Positions 38,505-49,475 of a stretch of DNA of 64,000 nucleotides are shown here, in pieces. Position 1 is the stretch's first letter. Each line of letters starts with the position of its first letter. Under the pieces are notes generated by a model, which worked only from the letters and a program-made list of their open reading frames with translations, was not told the DNA's origin and did not search any database. The stretch comes from Heterodontus francisci. Lineage: Eukaryota. A program made the position numbers and the translations under genes. The stretch spans positions 35,221,679-35,285,678 of the forward strand of contig NC_090397.1 of assembly GCF_036365525.1 (NCBI RefSeq). Reading direction: 5' to 3'.

Positions 38505-40675
38505 ATGTCTGCGACTGAAGCTAGTAGCTCTCCAAGCCAGGGTAAGTAACTTGGGATAAGTTAAAAGCACTGTCTATGGAGGAGTTGAGAAATATGGCTG
38601 AGCAGTGTGAGATCACTGTCCGTGTCAAGGTTAGAAAGTCTGAACTCCTAAGGCTAGTGGCCAACCATTTTTCCCTTGAATCTGAAGAAGCAGAAACAGG
38701 GTTAGAAGCAGACACGGACAGGGTATTGCTAGCAAAGTTACAATTGGAACAGAGGAAATTGAGTTAGAAGACGGGAAGAGAGATAGAAAGAGAGAAACAG
38801 GAAAGAGAGAGAGGAGAGACAGAAAGAAAGACAGGATAGAGAGCAAGAAAGAACCTTCCAGAAGGAATGTGAGGAAAAAGAGCTGAGGCAGCTTGAGTTA
38901 ACTAGGGGCCGACAGAATAACCCCAGTGAAAGCATGGCCAATGTGGAGAACAGTCATTCGGGGCTATGTACTGAATTGTTTAAATTTTCCCAGCTAATCC
39001 CAAAATTCAAGGGGTGAGACGTGGAAGCATTTTTTGTATCTTTTGAAAAACTTGTAAGGCAGTTAAAGTGGCCGGCTGAGACTTGGATGCTTCTGTTGCG
39101 AAGTAAACTAAGAGCAAAAGCCCATGAGGTTTACTCCCTGTTGCCAGATGAGAGTTCATCAAATTATGAACTGACAAAAAATGCTATACTCGGGGCATAT
39201 GAGATAGTATCGGAAGCCTATCACCAGAAATTTCGAACCCTCAAGAAGCAAGCTGATCAAACTTACTCGGAGTTTGAGAGAAGTAAGCAGCTGGCTTTTG
39301 ACCAGTGGTTGAGGGCTCTTAAAGTGCAACTCAGCTATGAGAATCTCAGAGATGTAACTCTGCTAGAGGAATTTAAAAACTCTCTCCCACTCTACATAAA
39401 GACATATGTAGAGGAACAAAAAGTTCATAGAGCCAGGCAAGCCGCAGTTCTGGCTGATGAGCTTGCTCTCATATACAAGTCTGATCCCCAGGGGAAAACC
39501 TTTCCTAGTCACCCCCACAAATCCGAAAAGGACAAAGGGTGGGAAGGTGATAGAAGCCCAAGCAGTTCTGGGAGAGAGAGAAAAGGACAAGACACAGAGA
39601 GCCCTCCTCCAGCCAAAAAGGAAGGTGCTGTAAGCAGGAGTGAGATCCGCAGACCTGTGTGCTTCCATTGTAATAAAGCAGGGTATTTAAGAGCTGACTG
39701 CTGGAAACTAAAGGGTAAACCTGTAGGGTTAATCAGGGCACACCCACTCAGTGACGGAGAAGGGACCCTGATGGAAAGCACAGCAGAACTGCAGTAAGAG
39801 TGAGACCTAGCAAGCTTACAGTTGCAAATACAGGAAAATATAATCGGGTTCCTGAAGGTTATCAGGATTTGGTGTCTGAAGGGAGAATAAACCCATATTC
39901 CTCAAGTGGAGCAAGCAAGCCCATAGTAATTCTCAGGGACACAGGGGCCACTAGATCCCTTTTACTGGGAAAAGGCCTGACCTTTCCCCCAGAGAGTGCA
40001 GTAAACACCAGAATGGTGGTGAATGGTACTGGAGGGCATTGTATGCCTGTACCTGTACACTGGGTGCACTTGGAGTGCGACCTAGTTTTGGGACCGGTGA
40101 CTCTAGGGATTGTCCCCAGTTTGCCGGTGTATGGGGTTGACCTGCTGCTAGGTAATGATCTGGCAGGGATGAAGGTGGTAGCTTCCCCAGTAGTGAAAGA
40201 GAGACTGCAGGAGGTCAGAGAAACAGGGCAGTGGCAGGATACGGTCTCCTGTAGTTTCCCTGAATGTATAGTGAATGAGGCCCTGATCAAACCAGCTCCC
40301 CCAGAGGAGACTGAATTGGCACTGCAGGCAGATGACCATGAGATCGGTCTGTCTGAGCCTTTCTTTGGAAAGTTAGAAGACCCAGGGAATGAGTTAAATG
40401 GATCTTCCCTAGCTGAGGCTCAGCGAGATGATCCAGTCTGAAATTGAAGCAGGGGGAGTACCTGATTGTTGCTATTTAAAGAACCAGGTACTGATGAGGA
40501 AGTGGAGTTCTCCTCACAGATCTGAGAGCAAGGAGTCGACAGCGATTCACCAGATAGTGGTGCCGCAGAGGTACCAGGGAGAAATATTAAGACTGGCACA
40601 CGAGATTACAGTGACTGTACATGCTGGTATATAAAATACCAAAGCCCGTATAAGATAGCAGTTTGATTGGCCAAA
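38505..40675 (+). pseudogene. gag (SCAN-like domain, CCHC-type knuckle), protease, integrase N-terminus: copy 1
   Basis: EAFFVSFEKL, EAYHQKFRTLKK, LLEEFKNSLP, CFHCNKAGYLRADC, ILRDTGATRSLL, LLLGNDLAG, QIVVPQRYQGEILRLAHE. Confidence 0.9.
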
Positions 40676-40677
40676 AC

Positions 40678-41515
40678 TTAAACTCTAATTCGGTTGACGC
40701 CTAAGGATACACGACGCGCCCATGCTAGCATGCATACATGATACACACATGCAAATAGAGACAGAAAAGAGCAGAAGAAAAATAAGGTGGAAAGGTTTGA
40801 GGCAATATCTGAAGAGTTGTTGTAACGGTTCTTCGAGCTCTCTGTGGAGTCCTTGATTGTATATAGATCTTGCTTTTTGTTGGGGCCCAGTATTCTTCTT
40901 AAACCTTGTTTTTTGTAGGAGACTTTTCTCTCTTGGGGTTCATGTGTCTTCACTGGATTCAGAAGTTTGTGAGACAGAGATGGGAGCAAGCAGAATAGAT
41001 CTTCTCGGTCCAGGAGCAAACAGCTTTCTTTGCTGCTCTTCCCTTTGTCATCTGGGACACTCCTGCATTGGGGTATTTGACCAAATTCTACTGCACTCCC
41101 CTGTGGCACTTCGACTAGATGAGGCATCACCCTCACGGTTTCTCTGCCCTCTTGAGGACTTTCTTTGCCTCTGCAGGTTCCTGTAGATGCTGTTAGCCAT
41201 TCTGGTGGGGTGCTTCTAGAGTCTGCATTTACATTGGAGGATGTGGGGTCTAATTTTTCAAATATTTCAGGGTTGGCTGACCAGACAGTAAGGGTTTCCA
41301 TTTGGGATTGCTCCCGGGTGTCCTTTAACCTTCCCTCTTGGTCCCTTTATCCCCTTTCTTTTCTAATCTTTTGCCAGCCTTGTGCTTGCCTATCCCCTTT
41401 TGTTATCGGCAGGTGTCCCTTACAGTTCACCAGCCCTCTGCTGAAGGGTCCTCCAAACACCGATACCGGACCTAGGGGTGCAGAATTCACTGTAGGTTGG
41501 GTTTCACCTCAACCT
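40678..41515 (-). mobile_element. Inverted internal segment: LTR-A piece plus post-integrase region
   Basis: 40678-41030 matches the solo LTR sequence at ~1780-2110. 41030-41515 is the reverse complement of ~43075-43560 (TVWSANPE, TGTCR, VMPHL). Confidence 0.85.
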
Positions 41516-41516
41516 G

Positions 41517-43722
41517 GAAAAGCCTATGAGGTTTATTCCCTGTTGCCAGATGAGAGTTCAAATTATGAACTGACCAAAAATGCTATCCTCGGGGCATATG
41601 AATTGGTACCCGAAGCCCATCTCCAAAAGTTTAGAACCCTCAAGAAGCAAGCTAATAAAAATTATCTGGAGTTTGAAAGAAGTAAGCAGCTGGCTTTTGA
41701 CCAGGGGCTGAGGGCTCTTAAGGTACAGCTCAGCTATGAGAATCTCAGAGAAGTAATTCTGTAAGAGGAATTTAAACACTCTCTCCCACTCTCCATAAAG
41801 ACCCATGTAGAGGAGCAGCGGGTCTAGAGAGCCTGGCAAGTGGCTGTTCTTGCTTTAATTTATGTCAGTTTCCCAGTGGGGAGCCTTTCCTAGTCACCCC
41901 TACCAATCCGAAAGAGACAAAGGGTGGGAAGGTGATAGGAGCCCAGGCAGTCCTGGGAGAGAAAGTAAAGCAGGAGACACAGTGGGACCTCGTGTAGCCA
42001 AAAAGGAAGGTGCTGTGAGCAAGAGTGAGACCCGGAGACCTGTGTGCTTCCATTGTAATAAAGCAGGGCATTTAAGAGCTGACTGCTGGAAACTAAAGGG
42101 AAAACCTGTAGGGTTAATCAGGGCACACCCGCATAGTGAAGAATGGAACCTGATGGAAAGAAACACAGAACAAGCTGTGGCTTTGATTGCCACAAAGAGC
42201 TTACTACGGCCAGTGCAGGAAAGGTAACTAGGATTCCTGAAGGCTATCAGGGTTTTGTATTTGAATGGAAAGTAACCACATATCCCTCAAGTGGGACAAG
42301 CAAGCCTGATTCTCAGGGACACCAGATCCCTTTTACTGGGAAAAGAACTGACCTTTCCCCCAGAGAGTGCGGTGAACACCAAAATGGTGGTGAAAGGTAT
42401 TGCAGGGCGGTGTGTGCCTGTACCTGTACACCAGGTGTACCTAGATTGTCCCTAGTTTGCCTGTGGACGGGGTTGACCTGCTCCTAAGTAATGATCTGGC
42501 AGGGGTGAAGGTGGTAGCCCCCCCAGTAGTGAAAGATAGACCACAGGAGGTCAGAGAGAGTCAGAGACGGCCCCTGCAGTTTCTCTGAATCTGTGGTGGC
42601 TCAGGCCATGATCAAACCAGCTCCCTCAGAGGAGACTACATTGGGACTGCAGGCAGATGACCATGAGGTCTGCCTGTCCGAGACTTTCTTTGGAAAGTTA
42701 GGAGACCCAGGGATTGAATTAAATGGATTTTCCCTAGCTGAGGCTCAGCGAGCCGACCCAGTGTTGCGAGAGTTAGCACAGGCTGCCCAGTCTGAAAGTG
42801 AAGCAGAGGGAGTCCCTGATTGTTACTATTTAAAGAATGAGGTACAGATGAGGAAATGGAGTTCTCCTCATGGCCTGAGAGCAAGGAGTGGACAATGGTT
42901 CACCAGTTAGTCGTGCCGCAGAGGTACCAGGGAGAAATATTAAGAAGGGCCCATGAGACTACAGTGGCTGTACATGCCGGTAAACAAAAGACCAAAGTCC
43001 ACATAAGACAGCAGTTTGACTGGCCAAAACTCCACAAAGATGTGGTGGAGTACTGCAGGAGTTGCCACAGGTGCCAGGTTGAGGGGAAAACCCAACCTAC
43101 TGTGAAACCTGCATCCCTATGTCTTGTACCAGTGTTAGGAGGACCCTCCAGCTGAGGGCTGGTGAACTGTAAGGGACCCCGCCGAGAACAAAAGTGGTCA
43201 GACAGGCACATGGCTGGCAAAAAGGTTAGACAGAGAAGGGGAAAATATAATCAAGGGAGCAGGTTAAAGAAAGTCTGGGAGGAATCCTGGATGAAAACCC
43301 CTACTGTCTGGTCAGCCAACCCCGAAAAATGTGAAAAGATAGACCCCACATCCTTCTATGTAAATGCAGACCATCGAAGCACCCCACCAGAGTTGCTAAC
43401 AGTATTTACAGGAACCTGCAGAGACAAAGAGAGACCTCTAGGGGGCAGAGAAATCATGGGTGTGATGCCTCACCTAGCTGAACTGCCACAGGAGCGTGCA
43501 GTCAAGTCTGCACACATACCTGCAGGCAGGAATTTCCCAGAGAACAAAGGGGAGATTAACAAAGAATCCTCCCCCACAGTCAGAGAAAAAGGGAACCACC
43601 CATCTCCTGAAGTCAAAAGCCATTGCATGATTCAGCAAAGCACTGAAAAAGAGTTCAAGATCGACCCGCCCACTACTAACCCTCCTGAAAAAAAATTACT
43701 TCAGCAGGAACTAAAACCCTAG
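41517..43722 (+). pseudogene. gag C-half, protease, integrase Zn finger and remnant ORF: copy 2
   Basis: KAYEVYSLLPDE, CFHCNKAGHLRADC, AHETTVAVHAG..WPKLHKDVVEYCRSCHRCQ. No DDE core or YxDD motif downstream. Confidence 0.88.
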
Positions 43723-45633
43723 GCAGTCATGGCAATGGGCAAACTGAAGAAAAGCTTCCCCAAAGAACCACATGGTAACAGGGATGCCACAAAGAGAAAA
43801 TTAAAGCAGCACTGGCACCAAGAAAAGACAGTTTTAACAAACTTTAAGAGTTATGAATGAATGGAAATGAATGAGAGAAATGCATGTTTTTTCTTTCCAT
43901 ATCTTATATTTCTCTCAAACCTTTTAATGAAATGTGCAATTTTTTTTCAAATCGCATTTCATTCCCCTGGGAGTGGAGGTGTCAAGCAGAGCCCCACCGG
44001 CCAAGAATGAGGCACATTAATTTCGCCACATGAACATTGATTTTTGAACTGTTACTGGAGTAAAGAAAGAACTGTCTTTTTAAAAGAAAGCAACACCAGA
44101 CCCTTGACTGGAAGGACATTTGCATTTTTTACAGATGGTGCTTAAAGGGGACAAAGGACTATTCCCTGCTCCCATTTAATCCACAATGGACATTTGATTA
44201 CTAAACGCTGAGGGTGGAGAAGCTTGCATTCCAGATCATGCTCAGATGGCCAAATACACAAAAAGATGTGGTCAGGCCAGTTTAGTCACATGACTAACTG
44301 GCTGTTAAGAGTTTTTTGAATTTGAATGTGCCACAGAGTTTTAAACTGGCAGAGAGCTCTTTGCTCCTGGACTAAGAAAATCTCTCTCCTGTCTGCTCTC
44401 ATCTCTCAATCCATTGGAGACATATGAACCCAAAGAGAGAAAAGTTTCCGACAGTGAACGAGGTTTAAGAAAAATACTGGGCTGCAACGAAAAGCAAGAT
44501 CTACCTGCAAGCAAAGACTACAGCAAGCTCAAAGCACAGTAACAAAAATCCCTCTTCAGAGATGGCCTCAAACCTCTCTACTTATCTTTTCTTCTGCTCT
44601 TTTCTGTCTCTATTTGCATGTGCGGATCGCATATGCATGCTAGCTTGGGGTGCGGCGTATATCCGTAGGCGTTAACCAAATTAGAGTTTAGGTTTAAGTT
44701 GTAATAAATTTCACTATTCTTCTTTAAACCTAAGAAAGCCTGTTTGTGCTCATTTCTTTGCCTTAAAGGGGGAGCTCAAAACACAGTGTGTTTAAAAATT
44801 AAACCCTGTTACAATAAGACCAGGTGAAGGCCGAAAGGGATCCCTAGACAACTTTCTCACCTGGTTGTAACCCTGCCCATTGCAAATATTAAATGACTAC
44901 AGTTGCAAATTGTCTGCTTGTATATCAACATTTGTCCCCTGGTAGAAATACCCAATGGTTTGGAGTTTGCATTGATAATAACGGAGGGACTGTTGGGCTC
45001 ACTGTTATTATGGAGTAAATCGAGTAGCAACTTCTGGCATCCGTACATACACATTTAAATGTGGAAATCCAGAAGCTGCTGTCGGAGATACCCTGCTGCT
45101 GCACTGGCTGCACTGTATCAGTTCTCGCTGATAGACTTGGCACTGAAGTTGCTGTACTCACCCATTAGCTATCCACTAAACATACCATAAAAAGCTAAGG
45201 GTGGTGCAATCAGCAGTAAATTAATTTTTAATGGCACGCTAAGCAACCTCTCTGTCCCTAAAAATTTAAATTTACAAGTGTGGAGCCTCATCCCTTCAGA
45301 ATTTAGTTAGTTTTGGAGATTAAAAAAAAACTTTCCCTATTTATCTCTTTTTATCTCTCTCTCAATTTCATTTTTCTTTCTCAATCTCTCTTTCGCTTTT
45401 ATATGATTTTACATTGAATTATTTGCTGGTTTGGACTCTGCATGTCTCAGTGAGGATTCATCAATTTGCATGCTTGAAGAACGTCTCTGTTTCTTGTCAT
45501 GCTCACAGATGCCCAGATCCTCTGGAATTGATTTCTAACTGGCACAAGTTGCTGCTGAAAAGTTGTGGGCAGCTATCAGCATGATGAATGGTAAGCACCA
45601 TTCCTTCACCGCTGACTGCAAAATCCTAACCAA

Positions 45634-46830
45634 GGGGTGGAATTTTCCAAACTTAGCCCTGACCAACTGGTGGGACCATTTGCGGGTTCGGAGTGTGGTG
45701 GCAGCTGGAGTGGGCTTTGTCGAAGCTCTTTAACTGAGCTACAGCATCAGCATCCCGCTTCCAGGTTCCCCAACCAATTAGGAAGGGCGTGTCAATTCTG
45801 TCTAGGGAAGGATTTCTAACTAAAGTGACCACAGGATGGATTACAATGGGCTGAATTGTATATTTTGAACACAAATCCCACCATCGGGCATGGAGCCTGG
45901 CACAAAGCACATCGGGGTTGGGGCGTCCGGCTGCGCATGTTTCAGTGGTGTCGCCCAATTAAGACTATTGAGTCGCGAAGTCCGACCAATTGCATGGTTG
46001 GAGTCAGGCCCAGAAGCAAGGAGCACGGCATCAGGTGACTCCTTGGCAGGGTCTGGCACCATTTTTAAAGAGCTGCCAGTCCTTCATTGAACTCTGCATT
46101 GGGAAGGCCTGGAAGAGGAGGAGGTGACATCAGATGATTAGAGGTGGCTGACAGGAGACCTCGTGCAGCCCCATGCTTTCCTGATGCCTCCCTCCAGGTG
46201 CTACTACAGGCTGTGAGGGAGAGGAGGGACAAGAGATGGGAGGAGGAGACCAGTGAGCCAAACCAAGCAGGCCTGGACCCAGATCACTGAGGAGGTCAGC
46301 AGCCGTGTCATAACCCCGCACTCATGGATACAGTGCAGCAAGTGATTTAATTACCTCATCTGGACTGTGAAAGTGAGTATCATTTAAACTATTCATCCTC
46401 TTGAGCCTTGAATCTGTCAAAGTAGGACGTTGTATTGGCATGAGAGTGATCTACCCTCCCAGACGTGGGCAAAGGGACATGGGATGCAACATGCCTGTCA
46501 GTGGCCTCTCACAGTGCCCCTGAAAGCAGTCCCCTGTCATATTTGAATCTTGCAAGATCTCTGGGAAGGGAACACAGTGCAGGAGGCATCTGTGTGCAAC
46601 TGCATAGCCAGCAGCCAATGTGTTGGAATTGATATCGCGAGAGGTCTAACATCTCACTTCCCTCTATCTGTAGGAGAGATAGGGGTATCCTCCCCACACA
46701 TTAAGTACAGTCTGCATGGGGAACAATGCTGCATCTGCAACAATGGAACGATGCTGCTCATCGGGCATCTGCTGCACACAGGGGTCTGCATTGTAGGGGT
46801 CTCTGCAATGGAGGGATGGCAGGCCCTTGA
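45634..46830 (+). mobile_element. Harbinger remnant with Myb/SANT exon
   Basis: TIR ggggtggaattttcc. 46160-46372 reads VLLQAVRERRD..TKQAWTQITEEV..WIQCSK*FNYL..VK|gtgagt. Confidence 0.7.
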
Positions 46831-46914
46831 CTCTTACATGTCTTTGCTCTGTCCAGCATTTTCCCTTTTTATTTCAGGTTTCAAGCATCTGCAGTATTTT
46901 GTTTTATATTTGTG

Positions 46915-48730
46915 TTTGTGTTTAAAATTTCAACCTTGTTTTCAAATCTCTACATGGCCTTTTACATGACCTTGCCTCTCCCTATCTCTGTTATTTCCTC
47001 TAGACCTACAATCCACCAAGATCTCTGCACTCCTCCAATTCTAGCCTCTTCTGCATCACCAATTTTCAATGCTTCACCACTGATGGTCGTGACTTCAGCT
47101 GCTTGGCCTTAAACTCTAGAATTTCCTCCCTAAAACATTCTGCTTCTCTACCTCACTCTCCTCATTGAAGTCATAGAGTCATAGAGTTATACAGCACAGA
47201 AGCAGGCCCTTCGGCCCACCGTGTCCGTGCCGGTCATCAAGCCTATCTATTCTAATACCATTTTCCAGCACTTGGCCCGTAGCCTTGTATGCTATGGCGT
47301 TTCAAGTGCTCATCTAAATACTTCTTAAATGTTGTGAGGGTTCCTGCCTCTACCACCCCTTAAGGCAGTGTGTTCCAGTTTCCAACCACCCTCTGGGTGA
47401 AAAAGTGTTTCCTCAAATCCCCCCGAAACCTCCTGCCCCTTACCTTAAATCTATGCCCCCTGGTTATTGGCACCTGTGCTAAGGGAAAAAGTTTCTTCCT
47501 ATCTACCCTATCTATTCCCATCATAATTTTGTATACCTCAATCAGGTCCCCCCTCAGCCTTCTCTGCTCTAAGGAAAACAACCCTAGCCTGTCCAGTCTC
47601 TCTTTATTGCTGAAATGCTCCAGCTCAGGCAACATCCTGCTGAGTCTCCTCTGCACCCTCTCTAGTGCAATCACATCCTTCTATAGTGTGGCGACCAGAA
47701 CTATACACAGTACTCCAGCTGTGGCCGACTAGCGTTTTATACAGCTCCATCATAACATCCCTGCTCTTATATTCTATGCTTCAGCTAATAAAGGCAAGTA
47801 TCCCATATGCCTTCCTAACCACCTTATCTACCTGTGCTATTGCCTTCAGTGATCTATGGACAAGTACACCAAGGTCCCTCTGACCCTCTGTACTTCCTAT
47901 GGTCCTACTATTCATTGTGTATTCCCTTGACTTGTTAGTCCTCCCAAAATGCATCACCTCACACTTCTCAGGATTAAATTCCATTTGCCACTGCTCCGCC
48001 CATCTTACCAGCCCATCTATATCATCCCGTAATCTAAGGCTTTCCTCCTCACTATTTACAACACCCCCAATTTTCGTTCCATCTGTGAACTTACTGATCA
48101 TACCTCCTATATTCACGTCTAAATCATTAATGTACACTACAAGCAGCATGGGTCCCAGCACCGACCCCTGCGGTACACCACTGGTCAAAGGCTTCCAATC
48201 GCAGAAACAACCCTCGACCATCACCCTCTGTCTCCTGCCACTAAGTCAATTTTTGATCCAATTTGCCAAATTGCCCTGGATCTCATGGGCTCTTACCTTC
48301 TTAACCAATCTCCCATGCGGGACCTTATTAACAGCCTCACTGAAGTCCATGTAGACTACATCAACTGCTTTACCCTCATCTACACACCTAATGACCTCCT
48401 CGAAAAATTCAATCAAATTTGTTAGACATGATCTCCCCCTGACAAAGCCATGCTGATTATCCTTTATTAATCCCTTCCTCTCCAAGTGAAGATTAATCCT
48501 GTCCCTCAGAATTTTTTTCCGATAGTTTCCCTACTACTGATGTTAGACTCACTGGCCTGTAATTAAAATGCTCCTTCAAATCTACCCCTTTGAGCAAGAT
48601 TTAAGTCACCTGTCCTAATATCTCCTTATGAGACTTGGTGTCAAATGTTTTTGATGAGTACTTCTGTGAAGCATTTTGGGATGTTTTACTATGGTAAAGG
48701 TGTTATATAAAAGCAAGTTTTTGCTGTTAT
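46915..48730 (+). mobile_element. LINE2 3' end split by an antisense CR1
   Basis: Halves 46915-47169 and 48563-48730. Typical L2 tail gtgaagcattttgggatgttttactatggtaaaggtgttatataaaagcaag. Confidence 0.7.
47170..48562 (-). mobile_element. 5'-truncated CR1 (RT to 3' tail)
   Basis: QHGFVRGRSCLTNL, VPQGSVLGP and RGHRFKV..FFTQRVV. (ctatgact)n tail at 47170. Confidence 0.92.
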
Positions 48731-49151
48731 TAACATTTCATTCTTTTAAAGTGTTATGTTGTTGACAAGGTTCATGCAAAATTGACACTACTTTAAATTT
48801 TTTAAACATAGATGTGACTAAATATTTCAATATGCACTGTACAAAACTAAAACCCGATTTAAAAGCTTGAGTGTTTTCCCCTACAAGTCAAAATTAAAGC
48901 TGGAAGTGGACCAAAGAATACAATGTTTGTAGAGACCTGCAAGATGTTCCTTCATCAAAAAATGGCACGAAGCACAGGTGATTTATGAAGGTAACAAAGG
49001 AACAAAATAGTTGGGTGCACAGTGAGGAATAGTGAAACATCCAGGGTTATTTCACAAGCAAGACCTTATACCCAATGAGATAACAACTGATTAGCAAAGG
49101 TTTCATTCATCGTGGAAAACAAGACCAATTGCCCAGCTATTTCTAGAAATT

Positions 49152-49275
49152 GGGGGTAAAATTCAACGTCGGTGGGGGCATCAATCAGATGATATCGGAT
49201 CAGCTGCCTCACAAAAAACCCAGCTGATTTTTCTGCCCAAAAGGAATCTCCCCAGTGATTTAGAATTTCAACCCC
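49152..49275. mobile_element. 124-bp Harbinger-type MITE
   Basis: TIR gggggtaaaattc / gaatttcaacccc with 3-bp TSD ATT. Confidence 0.65.
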
Positions 49276-49475
49276 ATTATCTTTGTCTGTTGTGATATAA
49301 CAACTGGAATTATTCACAATTTCTTTCTTGTTTTTAGATGTTGTATGTGACTTGCGTAAGTATGTGCATACATGACCACCAAGATCCACACAGATGTGTA
49401 AACACACATGTTGCAAACAGACCTTTAAAAACAACCACTGTGCTGTTTTTGTACATCTATGAAGGCATTACACTT

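Larger units (their letters stand above)
37982..44872 (+). mobile_element. Gmr1-like Ty3/Gypsy LTR retrotransposon, rearranged and lacking RT/RNase H
   Basis: LTRs 37982-38364 and 43980-44872, 4-bp TSD CTGC, degenerate tRNA-Pro-like PBS after 38364, purine tract before 43980. SCAN-like gag and protease are followed directly by the integrase Zn region. Confidence 0.88.

Noticed and set aside
39021-39797. Host SCAN-zinc-finger gene
   Set aside because: It lies between LTRs, continues into protease and integrase, and has no C2H2 array. It is retrotransposon gag.
43162-43722. Retroviral env gene before the 3' LTR
   Set aside because: No signal peptide, furin site, CxxC motif or transmembrane segment. 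It looks like a pol-linker remnant.
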